A DNA stretch of 57,759 nucleotides from a virus (IMGVR_UViG_3300046011_007876:1-57759), one strand, 5' to 3'; shown: positions 27,383 to 37,683, numbered from the stretch's first letter. Made by a program: numbers and translations. The notes: generated by a model from the sequence alone, not told the origin.

Positions 27383-28234
27383 TTAATCTACCAAAACTTT
27401 TTGAGAAATATTTTTAAAAATATGTGTGATAACATCTACGGTCCAACCATTTCCTAACATATTGAACCTTTGTGTGTTTGATACAACCGAACTGTAGTTA
27501 TCTGGTACCGTCTGTAATCTTTCGCATTCTAATGGAGAAAACAATCGATCCTCACCAGTTACAGCTTTTATTTCTAAGTAACATTTAGGTGTTATGTTCT
27601 TACCCCAACCGTGTGCTAGTTCACGAGTAAGTGTTGGTGCCTTACCGGTTGCCTTATAATTTTTAGCATAATAAAGTTGTGCTTGAATTGTTTTTGGTGG
27701 AAGGGTCTTGTGTTCACCTGTGTAATCAATAATATCTTTAACTAAGATTCCCTTATCTTCAGGTTGTTCAATACCTGGTATGTTTGTCCAATATAATCTT
27801 TCTCTACTCTGAGCTGAAACCAAATTACTATTTATCCTTATTGGTTCAACACCCATATGTTCTGTAATTACTTGTTCGTGTTCTTTTTTCATTTTAACAT
27901 TTTCAAGTAAAAAATATTTTGGATTTAATTCTTCTTTTAATCTAACAAACTCAAAGAACAACTTACTTCTTGGGTCTTCAAAGTTTAGTCTTTTGCCAGC
28001 AAATGAAAATCCTTGACAAGGTGAACCACCAAACATAATATCAATTTTTGGTAAATCACTTCCTTTAACATCTAAAATATCACCAATCTGAATTGTTTCC
28101 GGATAATTGTGTTGTGTTACCTGGATGGCATATTTATCAATTTCTGAAGCAAAATACTTATCATACTTTATCCCAGCTCTATTAAGAGCAATCTGTCCAC
28201 AGGACATTCCATCAAATAAACTTAATACATTCAT
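27383..28234 (-). CDS. DNA (cytosine-5)-methyltransferase, orphan
   Basis: LSLFDG, GGSPCQGFS, LENV, QSRERLYW, RLQT, LGNGW. Confidence 0.95.
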   Translation of the reverse strand: MNVLSLFDGMSCGQIALNRAGIKYDKYFASEIDKYAIQVTQHNYPETIQIGDILDVKGSDLPKIDIMFGGSPCQGFSFAGKRLNFEDPRSKLFFEFVRLKEELNPKYFLLENVKMKKEHEQVITEHMGVEPIRINSNLVSAQSRERLYWTNIPGIEQPEDKGILVKDIIDYTGEHKTLPPKTIQAQLYYAKNYKATGKAPTLTRELAHGWGKNITPKCYLEIKAVTGEDRLFSPLECERLQTVPDNYSSVVSNTQRFNMLGNGWTVDVITHIFKNISQKVLVD

Positions 28235-29112
28235 AGTCCTTTAAATATATGTGAAATTACATCAACTGTCCACCCATTTCCAATCATTTTTTTTCTTTGA
28301 TTTAATGGTGTAATTGAGGTATAGCCGTCTGGTAATGTTTGTAATCTTTCATATTCTACAATGTTTAATTCTCTTAAATTATTATTAACAATAACACCGT
28401 AATTACACGCAGTATTTAATGTGTTAGTTTTTCCATTACTTACACGTCCACGTCTACTTTTACTTTTTGGGAATTCCAAGTTTACACAATCACCGTTTTT
28501 GGCAAATAAATATCCTATTTTTGTGCCGTTTTTTATTTTAAAAATACCATCATTTATATCTAAAACAATAGGATTGTCATTTATAGTACACTCATCACCT
28601 ATTGGATTTAAAATGTCCAATATATTAATCTTTCTATCTTCAATATTTTTATCAAATGGGATATTGGTCCAATACAATCTCTGTCTTTTTTGTGCTGAAA
28701 AAAACTTACTATCAATCATAACCGGTTCAAAACCAATTGTATCTGTTATTATTTTTTCCCATTCTTTTTTCATTACAACATTTTCAAGAAGAAAATATTT
28801 TGGTTTAACTTCATTTAATACCCTAATATATTCCCAAAATAAACCACTTTTACCATCAAACCCAGAGTTATCTCCGGACCTGCTAAATGATTGACAGGGA
28901 GATCCACCAATTACCAAATCTATTTTTGGTAAAACTGTCGTATCTAAACCAACAATACTACCCAACTGTACTGTATTTGGGTAGTGATGTTGTGTTACTG
29001 TAATTGCGTGTTTATCAATTTCTGATGCAAAATAATTTTTAAACGTGACACCGGCTCTTTGTAATGCTAGTTGTCCACAAGAAATACCATCAAAAAGAGA
29101 AAGTACATTCAT
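28231..29112 (-). CDS. DNA (cytosine-5)-methyltransferase, orphan
   Basis: LSLFDG, GGSPCQSFS, LENV, QKRQRLYW, RLQT, IGNGW. Confidence 0.95.
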   Translation of the reverse strand: MNVLSLFDGISCGQLALQRAGVTFKNYFASEIDKHAITVTQHHYPNTVQLGSIVGLDTTVLPKIDLVIGGSPCQSFSRSGDNSGFDGKSGLFWEYIRVLNEVKPKYFLLENVVMKKEWEKIITDTIGFEPVMIDSKFFSAQKRQRLYWTNIPFDKNIEDRKINILDILNPIGDECTINDNPIVLDINDGIFKIKNGTKIGYLFAKNGDCVNLEFPKSKSRRGRVSNGKTNTLNTACNYGVIVNNNLRELNIVEYERLQTLPDGYTSITPLNQRKKMIGNGWTVDVISHIFKGL

Positions 29113-29912
29113 TATAGATAGTCAAATAATTCAGATGATTCATTACGAAGTCTACGTAGAGCTTTTTCTTTTATTTGTCGAACTCTTTCTTTAGTTAGAT
29201 TAAAATCTGAACCAATATCTTCTAAAGTTCTTGGTGTTCCTGTAAGGCCAAAGTAATCACCTATAATTGATTTTTCACGATCATCTAAAACATTAAGTAA
29301 TGATAGTAATTTGTCTTTTAATAAATCTTTTGTATCAAACCCAGCGTCTGGTGCAACAGCATCTGGATTTTCAATAAGATCAATAAGTGTATCACCTTCC
29401 TCATTGATATTCATATCAAGATTGATAATTGAAGGTAGTGATGTAAACTTGTCATCAAGTTTTTTTCCACTTTGTTCGACTTCTTTTTTAGCTTTTTGTA
29501 AATCCTGAACAACATTAACTGGGAGTCTAATTGTTCTGGCGTTATCATTTAGTGATTGTATAATTGACTGTTTAACCCACCAGACGGCATATGATATAAA
29601 TCTCAAATCTTTGTTCCAATCAAAATTTTTAATTGCCTTCATAAGACCAAGATTTCCTTCAGCAATTAAGTCTGGAAGATCAAGACCTTGATTTTGGTAT
29701 TGTTTTGCAACAGTAATCACAAAACGTAAATTACCTTCCAATAGTTCTTCTTCTATTTTTTTTCTTTCTCTTTCTGAAATCTCATCAGATTTCATTTTTA
29801 AGGCTAATTCTTTTTCACGATCAGGTGTCATAACCTTAATTTTTCTAATGTCTTTTAGGTAGTGATAAATTTCTTCCTGGTTAATTGGGACTCCTGTGTT
29901 TTTTTCTTTCAT
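29112..29912 (-). CDS. rpoD: RNA polymerase sigma-70 factor (RpoD-like, no region 1.1)
   Basis: NLRFVITVAKQY, DLIAEGNLGLMKA, RFISYAVWW, TLEDIG...TKERVRQIKEKALRRLR. Confidence 0.93.
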   Translation of the reverse strand: MKEKNTGVPINQEEIYHYLKDIRKIKVMTPDREKELALKMKSDEISERERKKIEEELLEGNLRFVITVAKQYQNQGLDLPDLIAEGNLGLMKAIKNFDWNKDLRFISYAVWWVKQSIIQSLNDNARTIRLPVNVVQDLQKAKKEVEQSGKKLDDKFTSLPSIINLDMNINEEGDTLIDLIENPDAVAPDAGFDTKDLLKDKLLSLLNVLDDREKSIIGDYFGLTGTPRTLEDIGSDFNLTKERVRQIKEKALRRLRNESSELFDYL

Positions 29913-29916
29913 ATAT

Positions 29917-30435
29917 TTAGGCTTGTTTTGAATATTCGTCTAATTTATCTTTTTCAGCTCTTGTGAGTGAATCAATACCTTGGTCTATAATTTTATCCAA
30001 AATTTCATCCAAAGTCAAATCACAAACGTTATTTTTTAAAAATTCATCAACTTTTTTTCTGTGTTCTTCTAAAAAAGCGGCAACATCAAAACTAAGTTTT
30101 GGTATTTGATTTGTTACTTTAGGTTTTCTTCCTCTTTTTTTCTTACCCATAAGATGTTCAAAGTTACTTTTTTCCATATCGGATGAAACATTTTTTGCAT
30201 TTTGTACAAGAACAAACATAAACTCAGGAACATCTTTTTTTATAAGTTCAACATATTCTTCAACTTCACTTTGTGATAGATTACTTTCAAAGTTGAAAAT
30301 TGAGTGACTTTCTCCGTAAACAAATTTAAGTTTTTCGTCTTTTATGATTTGGACTAGTTCATTTGCAAACTTTTGGTTTGACTCGGTTTCATCCCAGTTA
30401 TCATTACAGGGATAGACAAATAATAAGTATTTCAT
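29917..30435 (-). CDS. Hypothetical protein with C-terminal DUF6576-like helical motif
   Basis: LDEILDKIIDQGIDSLTRAEKDKL; AT-hook-like KKRGRKPK; TATCTTTG at 30454-30461. Confidence 0.65.
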   Translation of the reverse strand: MKYLLFVYPCNDNWDETESNQKFANELVQIIKDEKLKFVYGESHSIFNFESNLSQSEVEEYVELIKKDVPEFMFVLVQNAKNVSSDMEKSNFEHLMGKKKRGRKPKVTNQIPKLSFDVAAFLEEHRKKVDEFLKNNVCDLTLDEILDKIIDQGIDSLTRAEKDKLDEYSKQA

Positions 30436-30494
30436 AGGTTTTTATTTATACGACAAAGATAATAAAAAGTTTCTGATATTTTTATTTTTTTATA

Positions 30495-31778
30495 TCAAAT
30501 TTTTTGTCTATCTAAATATTTAACACATTCTTTTGCAATTGCTTCAGCTAATGGTGGTGGTACTGCGTTACCGACATGTTCACATCTTTTAGTATGGTTA
30601 CCAATAAATTTATAATCTAATGGGAATCCTGTTATAACGGCAGCCTCTCTTACTGTTATACTACGATTTTCTATTGGGTGTAGAGGAAAATTACTATGTC
30701 CTGGTACTAAAGTTGGTGCTAATGAATCTAAATCTAGACGCATTGTACTACCTCTTGAATAAAAATTACTCACTTTTAGATCGTTTGGTAACTCCTCCAT
30801 AATATCTTGTACATTTCCACCTGGTTTTATAAATTTAAATCTGTCCACAGTTTTTTGTGTATGTTTCATTGGTATATTATCAAAATCATCTTTATCATCA
30901 TAATTAATTTTTTTAAAAACATCACCTATTGTTATTGGTTTTAAAAATTTAATATTATCTTTGATGTTTTTGAAATCTAATTTAGTTGTAATTTCTTCTG
31001 AATTATACTTAGGTATTGGATAGTTAAAATCATTTGTTAAATCTTTTCTTGTTGCAACAACTATTATCCTTTCGCGTTTAGTTGCGGCACCATACCAAGC
31101 TGTGTTTAAAATTTTATGTGACACATTATAACCAATTTTATCATATATTTTATATAAATCTTCAATAACAGAAATTAAATAATTATTTTTTTCTAAAATA
31201 TCAATTAACTCATCTTTATTTTTTTTTAAAAAAATTCCTTTATTTAAAAAATCTTTTGTTAAATTATTTTTTTTTCTTAATTCAGCTTTTTGTCCTTTAT
31301 AGTTTTCTAATTCTTGCCAAATAAAATCAACTTTTTTTTTAATTTCTTCTGGTGTTTTTTCAGACAAAACTTTACCATTAATAAAAGCTTTAACATTTTC
31401 AATTATTGATATTTTAGGTTTTAACTCATCAACTAATTCAAGTTGTTTGTGGTAAAAATAATTTCTTTCATCATTTGGTGATCTTTCACCGGCTAAACTA
31501 AAACCTTTACACACAATACCGCCAAACATAACGTCTAATTCACCTTTAGATAGTTTTATTTCATTTAATACATTTTTAACATTAATATCTATTATACTTT
31601 TATTTTCTATATATGCAGTTTCATTAATTTCTGGATTATTAACTAATAGAGTTTTTATACAATCTAAATTATTGTCATTAACATATACTGATTTAAAATT
31701 TTGATTTTTAAATCCAATATGAGACCCACCTGCGCCAACAAATGTTTCAAATATTGTATATTGTTTTTTTTCTGTCAT
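30495..31778 (-). CDS. DNA (cytosine-5)-methyltransferase of a type II R-M pair
   Basis: FVGAGG, GGIVCKGFS, IENV, KRERII, TVREAA..TGFP, VGNAVPP. Confidence 0.92.
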   Translation of the reverse strand: MTEKKQYTIFETFVGAGGSHIGFKNQNFKSVYVNDNNLDCIKTLLVNNPEINETAYIENKSIIDINVKNVLNEIKLSKGELDVMFGGIVCKGFSLAGERSPNDERNYFYHKQLELVDELKPKISIIENVKAFINGKVLSEKTPEEIKKKVDFIWQELENYKGQKAELRKKNNLTKDFLNKGIFLKKNKDELIDILEKNNYLISVIEDLYKIYDKIGYNVSHKILNTAWYGAATKRERIIVVATRKDLTNDFNYPIPKYNSEEITTKLDFKNIKDNIKFLKPITIGDVFKKINYDDKDDFDNIPMKHTQKTVDRFKFIKPGGNVQDIMEELPNDLKVSNFYSRGSTMRLDLDSLAPTLVPGHSNFPLHPIENRSITVREAAVITGFPLDYKFIGNHTKRCEHVGNAVPPPLAEAIAKECVKYLDRQKI

Positions 31779-32911
31779 AAAATATTTTTTAAATTTTTTA
31801 TATATTCTTTAGATTTTGTATATTTTACAATTTTTTGTTTTAAAAAATTTTCATTTAATTCTAAAGGATTGTAATTTAAATCTCTTTTTGAATTTTTTGG
31901 TGCAAATTCTACACACCCAAAATCATCTCTAAGAATGTTTAACCAAGATGATAAATATCTAGTTTTAGATTGTGTTAAAAACAAAACATCCCTACTTGAA
32001 AATTTGGAAACAATGTCTTCATTAATTTTTTTTAAACTATTATTTAAATTTTTAGTGTCTTTTGTTAAATATTCCATAATAACCTCAATATACGGTTTAA
32101 TATAAGATTTGTACATAATTATTAAAAAATCCTCATACTTGTTCATACCTAAAATTGTTCCAGATTTCGTTGGTAAATTATTTGAATCGATAAACCCAAA
32201 TGAAGACAAGCTAATCCACACATTTCGCCAATTGTTGTTATTTATTGTATTTGTTTTTTTCATTTCAAATTCAACATATTTTCTATTAACATTTTTTTCA
32301 TTTTTTAATTTTAAAAAACATAAATATCTTAATAACATATATATTTCAAAAAGTCTGGTATCTCGAACATAATATTGTGAAATACTTGTTAATGAACTAT
32401 TTTCGACTTGAGATAATGTATTTAATTCTTTTTTTGTAATCTCCCTAATAGCTTCATTTGACTCATTTATTTCAAAAATTAAATTTGACTTTGGGTATTC
32501 AAACATACCAATATTAAAATTTTGATTGTTTACTACCGAAGAAGGTATTACCAAAATAGTATTAAAATCATTTGAGTATTCAATATTTTTTGGTGATATG
32601 TTATTTAATTTAAAATATTCATACTGAAGTGTTTGTCCAATACCTCTAACATAATCCGTTACACCAATATCCCCAGCCTTAACTTCGATTAGTGCTCTAA
32701 TTTTATTATCATAAATTAATGTAAAATCAACAATAATTCCATTTATAAATTTATCCTCATGTACTAATTTTAATCTTGATAAATCATTTGGTAATCCAAG
32801 TAATGATAACAAATCATATTTTATATTATCATTATTAATTATTAAGTCGTGAAAATATTTTTCTCTAATGTTTTCTTTATCCATAATAACAAAATTAGAA
32901 ATAATTTTCAA
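31775..32911 (-). CDS. Putative type II restriction endonuclease (PD-(D/E)xK)
   Basis: IVDF...LIEVK...GIGQTLQY motif; 4-bp overlap with the MTase. Confidence 0.7.
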   Translation of the reverse strand: MKIISNFVIMDKENIREKYFHDLIINNDNIKYDLLSLLGLPNDLSRLKLVHEDKFINGIIVDFTLIYDNKIRALIEVKAGDIGVTDYVRGIGQTLQYEYFKLNNISPKNIEYSNDFNTILVIPSSVVNNQNFNIGMFEYPKSNLIFEINESNEAIREITKKELNTLSQVENSSLTSISQYYVRDTRLFEIYMLLRYLCFLKLKNEKNVNRKYVEFEMKKTNTINNNNWRNVWISLSSFGFIDSNNLPTKSGTILGMNKYEDFLIIMYKSYIKPYIEVIMEYLTKDTKNLNNSLKKINEDIVSKFSSRDVLFLTQSKTRYLSSWLNILRDDFGCVEFAPKNSKRDLNYNPLELNENFLKQKIVKYTKSKEYIKNLKNIL

Positions 32912-35286
32912 TTTAACAAAACTTTTGAAATATTTTCTTCTTTTCTAATCTTCACAGAAAAATCACACCATTGGTTAATTAATGGGTTATGTGAAATAAT
33001 GAATATCTTATCAAAATAATCTTTAATTTTAACAAAAAACTCAAATACCATTTCTAGGTTATCGTTACTAATTTTCCCAAAAACTTCATCGAATACAACC
33101 GAATTTGGTTTTGGTAAACTACATATTTTACTCAATACTGATCTTAACGCAAGAGAGGCTAACGTCCTCTCGAAACCAGAACCAGAAACCATTAATTTCT
33201 CAACACCGGTACTATTATCAATCATTAAAAATTCAACTTCACTTTTGTCATTAATTCTAATTTCCATTTTAAAATGACAACTATCTTCCATTAATCTTTG
33301 TAACTCAGAGTTAATTAACGGCATCATAGTTTTCATAATAATTTTTGATACACCGTTTTTACCATAAGACTCAAGATATATTTTGTAAATTTTATCTTTT
33401 TCCTCTTCTTCCTGGATTTTAACAATCATTTTTTTATTGTGGTCAATTTTTTCTTCGGTTGTTTTAATACTGTACTCGGTTGAAGAAATTTGTTGGTTCT
33501 TATTTTTTTTCATTTGTTCAAGTTCGTCAATTCTAATATCAGCTTTAATTAACATTTCTTCAATTTTCAAATTAGATTTGATTTTGTCTTGAACTTCATT
33601 CCATCTTTCCAACTTACTATTCAATCCGGAAATTTTTAAATCACAACTTTCAATACTTAAATCATATTTTTCTTTGATAAGTTTGTTTTTTTCATACTCA
33701 TCAAACTGTCTTTTAGTTTCAACAAATTCTTTTTCTTTGACCGATAACTCATTCAATAATACCTCTTTATGTGCTTTTTGAGTGATAAGTCCTGCAAGTT
33801 CCGAAATTTTTTGTTGGGTAATTGCAGCGTTCATTAGTTCAATTCCACAGTGTTCACACTTAATTCCACCTTTAACTGAACTTTTTAATTTTTCAATTTC
33901 AGATATTTTTGTATCAAGTGTAATCTTTTCGGTATTAACTTTTTTGTATTCTTCCTTAATCTCATCATGCTTATCTTCATAATAATAGTTTTCCGGTTCA
34001 ACAACATTTAATTCTTTTAATTTTTCCTGGAATGATTCTTTTTGACCATTCAAATTCTGGATTTCAATTTGAGTTTCTTGTGGGTTCATAAGAGCAATTT
34101 CCTTATCAATGTCTGTATGTTTTTTCTTTAACATATCATCACGATATTCTTTACCCTTACTTAATTTTTCGTCAATATCTTTTAATTCATTCTTATACTC
34201 AACAATTGATTCATTATAACTAACGATTTGGTCCTCATAAGTTTTAATATCCGATTTTAATTGTTCAGAACTATATAAATTTGATAGTTTTGATTTATTA
34301 AAGTCTGAATAAATTTCTTTTGCAACCTCCTCTTTCCGTTTTAAAAACTCAAGACCCATAAATCTTGAAAGGACTTGTCCTCTGGCTGTTGGTTTTGACT
34401 CCAACAAATCTTCAAGATTTGTTGCTGTTGTTAGAATGGTCATCAAGAAATCTTCTTTGGTTCCAATAGAATTTTTAATGAACGCTTCAGTTTCCCTTCT
34501 TTGTTCTCCGGTGAAGTTTTGTAGTGATCCGTCGTGTAATTTTTTAAAGAAATCTAATTCTGTTTTTACATTCCAGTCACCTTTTTTAGATTTTTTTCTT
34601 TCAATCTTTCTTAAAATTATATAATCTTCACCATCAATTGTGATTTCACCTTTAACCGATACTACATCTTTATCTGTAAACCGGTTAAAGATTTCCTCAG
34701 CTTTTGATGTTTTTGTTGTCTCATTAAAAAATAAGAACATCAATAAATCCACCGTAAGAACTGTCTTACCACCAAAATTAGGTGGGTTAGATTCAACAAC
34801 AACTAAACCATTTAGTTTGTCAAAATCTAACCTTTGATTTTCACCATATGATAAAAAATTTGAGAACTCAATGTTTCTAATATACCACTTTTTAAATTGT
34901 GTTATATCAACATCACCTTCTTCCATTTTGTTTTCAACCATCCGGTTTAATTCCAAAACTTTATCAAGACTTTTCTCATAACCTTTTGATTCCAAAAATT
35001 TCTTTAATAAGTCCAACTGGTAATTGGTGTCAGTAATATTTACTGAAACATCTACCGTTTGCATTGTCTCCTGATCTACATTCTTAACCTTTGTTAATAC
35101 ATTAACATTTGTTGTGTTGTATTTCTTTTGGAAATAATGTTTAACGCTTTTAATCTTATCTTGTGTAAAATTTTCTTGGAAATCTTCCCATACCACTTGT
35201 ATAGATGGGTTTTCAAACTTTGAAAAGTCCAAATCTTTTATCATAATATTGTAATTGTATAATCTTGGTGGATTAAATAAATCCAT
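32908..35286 (-). CDS. sbcC: SbcC/Rad50/gp46-like recombination ATPase
   Basis: NFLSY, NFGGKT (Walker A), coiled coil with CEHC hook, SGFE, FDEVFG (Walker B), IISH. Confidence 0.9.
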   Translation of the reverse strand: MDLFNPPRLYNYNIMIKDLDFSKFENPSIQVVWEDFQENFTQDKIKSVKHYFQKKYNTTNVNVLTKVKNVDQETMQTVDVSVNITDTNYQLDLLKKFLESKGYEKSLDKVLELNRMVENKMEEGDVDITQFKKWYIRNIEFSNFLSYGENQRLDFDKLNGLVVVESNPPNFGGKTVLTVDLLMFLFFNETTKTSKAEEIFNRFTDKDVVSVKGEITIDGEDYIILRKIERKKSKKGDWNVKTELDFFKKLHDGSLQNFTGEQRRETEAFIKNSIGTKEDFLMTILTTATNLEDLLESKPTARGQVLSRFMGLEFLKRKEEVAKEIYSDFNKSKLSNLYSSEQLKSDIKTYEDQIVSYNESIVEYKNELKDIDEKLSKGKEYRDDMLKKKHTDIDKEIALMNPQETQIEIQNLNGQKESFQEKLKELNVVEPENYYYEDKHDEIKEEYKKVNTEKITLDTKISEIEKLKSSVKGGIKCEHCGIELMNAAITQQKISELAGLITQKAHKEVLLNELSVKEKEFVETKRQFDEYEKNKLIKEKYDLSIESCDLKISGLNSKLERWNEVQDKIKSNLKIEEMLIKADIRIDELEQMKKNKNQQISSTEYSIKTTEEKIDHNKKMIVKIQEEEEKDKIYKIYLESYGKNGVSKIIMKTMMPLINSELQRLMEDSCHFKMEIRINDKSEVEFLMIDNSTGVEKLMVSGSGFERTLASLALRSVLSKICSLPKPNSVVFDEVFGKISNDNLEMVFEFFVKIKDYFDKIFIISHNPLINQWCDFSVKIRKEENISKVLLN

Positions 35287-35288
35287 AT

Positions 35289-35684
35289 TTATTCTTCTTC
35301 TTGTTCCGTTTCAATTTTTGATTCAATAAAGGCACCGTCAACATTGATATCAATTTCCCTATCTTCAATTGTAAATCCGGCACTATCAAATTCTGGTTCG
35401 TTATCCTTATCAAAATCAGCTTCAAGTAATTCTGGATTTGATTCTTTAAAGTCAACAATATTACCACTTTCAAAACCTTTTATTCCAGTTTCCAATGGTT
35501 CTGCAACAACTTCAAATGGAACATTATTATCACCAATTTTAACTTGTAATTTATCGGCTTCAGCTTTTTCTGCCATTTCTTTCATAACTTTGTTTAACGC
35601 GTTTTGAATTGCGTATTTTTGTTGTCCAATTCTACGATTTCTTTTTTCAACTTTTGCTCTGTGTTCTTTTGCTTTTTTTCCCAT
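35289..35684 (-). CDS. Hypothetical protein (basic N-terminus, acidic C-terminus)
   Basis: 131-aa ORF. Confidence 0.7.
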   Translation of the reverse strand: MGKKAKEHRAKVEKRNRRIGQQKYAIQNALNKVMKEMAEKAEADKLQVKIGDNNVPFEVVAEPLETGIKGFESGNIVDFKESNPELLEADFDKDNEPEFDSAGFTIEDREIDINVDGAFIESKIETEQEEE

Positions 35685-35696
35685 TTTTATTTATAT

Positions 35697-36098
35697 TTAA
35701 TCGTTTAAAATTTGTTTTTCACTATCCTCAACTTCCTCTACATACATTTGTGTTTTAGTTGGTCTATTTTCTTCAAACCATTCAATAATTGCGTTTATTG
35801 CCCAAACTGAACCGGCTGAAAACATTCCATCAAAAAATACTGAAAAATATTCATTAAGTCCAATAAAATTGTGAATTGGTGAAAACATTGTTAATGATAA
35901 AAAAAACCCAACCCAAGTTCCTGTACACAACATACAAGATATTAGTTCAGATATAAATTTAAATAAAAAATTAAAAGGTTTATGTTCACTATTACCTAAA
36001 TTGTGAATCGAATTTCTTAATCCGTTAAATATGGAACCATAAACAAGTATTGTTGTCATTCCGTAAGCGGCAATCATAAAAATTAATAACTGTATCAT
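35697..36098 (-). CDS. DUF1360-like CxxC membrane protein
   Basis: TM segments; ELISCMLCTGTWVG. Confidence 0.7.
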   Translation of the reverse strand: MIQLLIFMIAAYGMTTILVYGSIFNGLRNSIHNLGNSEHKPFNFLFKFISELISCMLCTGTWVGFFLSLTMFSPIHNFIGLNEYFSVFFDGMFSAGSVWAINAIIEWFEENRPTKTQMYVEEVEDSEKQILND

Positions 36099-36691
36099 AA
36101 TGTATCATTTAAATTTGACCCTCTCATAAAGATTGCTTTTAATTTATCTTTTGGTGATTGTAGGTCTTGGTTTATTTTTTCTAATTCTCTAATTCTTTCT
36201 GTCTTATCTTTTAATTCTTTTCTTAACTTTTGGAGTGTGTCCTCAAGCATTTTTTCATTTGTTTTGTCTAAATTTACGTCTAAACTATGTCTAAGTTCGT
36301 CTAACTCTTTATCTTTTTTAGACATTTCCTCTTCTAACTTGGTAATTTTTTCACCAAGTTCATTTACTTGGTTGTTATCAGTAATGTATATTTCTTTTTC
36401 AATAACTCTATCAACTGGGACTTCCTTTATAACCTCAACAATTTTTTCAACTTCTTTTATAACTTCAACCGGTATTTCAACTCGTTTTTCAACAATTATT
36501 TCTTTTATTAAGTGTTTTTCAGCTTCATTAAGTGGTTTTTCTAAAAGTCCATACTTTTCAATGTTAAACCCAGTATCAAAACATTTTTTAATAAACCCAT
36601 CAACATCTTCAATGTTATTTAGTTTACAATAACTTTCAGCACTTTTACTAAAAATTTTTAAGTACTTCGGTTCCATTTTCAATATCTTCAA
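36095..36691 (-). CDS. Coiled-coil protein with VEV/VPV repeats
   Basis: IIVEKRVEIPVEVIKEVEKIVEVIKEVPVDRVIEKE. Confidence 0.75.
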   Translation of the reverse strand: MKILKMEPKYLKIFSKSAESYCKLNNIEDVDGFIKKCFDTGFNIEKYGLLEKPLNEAEKHLIKEIIVEKRVEIPVEVIKEVEKIVEVIKEVPVDRVIEKEIYITDNNQVNELGEKITKLEEEMSKKDKELDELRHSLDVNLDKTNEKMLEDTLQKLRKELKDKTERIRELEKINQDLQSPKDKLKAIFMRGSNLNDTL

Positions 36692-37427
36692 ATGATTTTA
36701 TGGAAAACTTTAAAAATGGTTTTGGGTTAAATAAATCGGTATATGTGTACTCTTTTGTTTCAACATCATAAACCCCATAACCGTGTCTTCCAATACTTTC
36801 ACCAATGTTATTTTGAATGGTTGATCCAATCATATAACCTTTACCGGTTTTAAATTTAAATTCGGCTCTTTTGTGAATATCACCACATAACACAACATCA
36901 AGTCCGTCAAATTTTTCAACGTCATAAGCTTCTTCACCAAACTCAAATCCAAGGTCTGTTTTTAATCCAGATATTGGTCCGTGGAATAATCCAACTTTAA
37001 CACCAGTTGCAACATTTAAATCTGGTGGAATGTTTCCTTGGTATTGTGAATATACACACCAGCTAATATTTTCATCTTCATAAACACCACGGTCTCTATA
37101 ATAAACAATGTTTTTATTATTTAATGAGTTTATAATTGGTGTTAAAGCATCTAATCTTTCGGTATTATTAACCAAAAAGTCGTGGTTTCCAGGTATAATA
37201 ATTGTTTTAGCAACAAAAGAACATTCAGTTAAAATCCAAGAAACCATCTCAATAAGTTCTGGTGTCATTTGATTTTTTGAGTGTACCAAATCACCAGTAA
37301 AAACAATTCGGTCCGGTTTCATTTCTTTCCATTGTTCAATGGCTGTCTCTAAAATTGATTTATATAAATCGTGATCCTTAAATAGGCGAATATGTAAATC
37401 TGAAAAGTGTATTATTTTTTTAATCAT
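36648..37427 (-). CDS. sbcD: SbcD/Mre11/gp47-like nuclease (phosphoesterase domain)
   Basis: SDLH, TGDL, PGNHD, FHG, GDIH. Confidence 0.85.
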   Translation of the reverse strand: MIKKIIHFSDLHIRLFKDHDLYKSILETAIEQWKEMKPDRIVFTGDLVHSKNQMTPELIEMVSWILTECSFVAKTIIIPGNHDFLVNNTERLDALTPIINSLNNKNIVYYRDRGVYEDENISWCVYSQYQGNIPPDLNVATGVKVGLFHGPISGLKTDLGFEFGEEAYDVEKFDGLDVVLCGDIHKRAEFKFKTGKGYMIGSTIQNNIGESIGRHGYGVYDVETKEYTYTDLFNPKPFLKFSIKSFEDIENGTEVLKNF

Positions 37428-37681
37428 TACATTACAATTTTTGGTGGTGCTCCTAAATCATCATATCCATCATCTTTGAATGGGTTTTTTGGTGTTGGTA
37501 TTGTGATTGGTTGTAATTGTGTTACAACAGTTCTTGGGTTTGAGAAAAATGGATCAATATTTTTAACTTCATTCATTTTTTCTTTAATCACTAATAAAAA
37601 AGTTGCGGCTTCATCATAAGATGAAATTTTTTTTTCGTGTAAATAACCTTCTAACCAAAAGTAAAATTCTTTGTGTGTCAT
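37427..37681 (-). CDS. Hypothetical protein
   Basis: MTHKEFYFWLEGY start; coupled to the next gene. Confidence 0.7.
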   Translation of the reverse strand: MTHKEFYFWLEGYLHEKKISSYDEAATFLLVIKEKMNEVKNIDPFFSNPRTVVTQLQPITIPTPKNPFKDDGYDDLGAPPKIVM

Positions 37682-37683
37682 AC

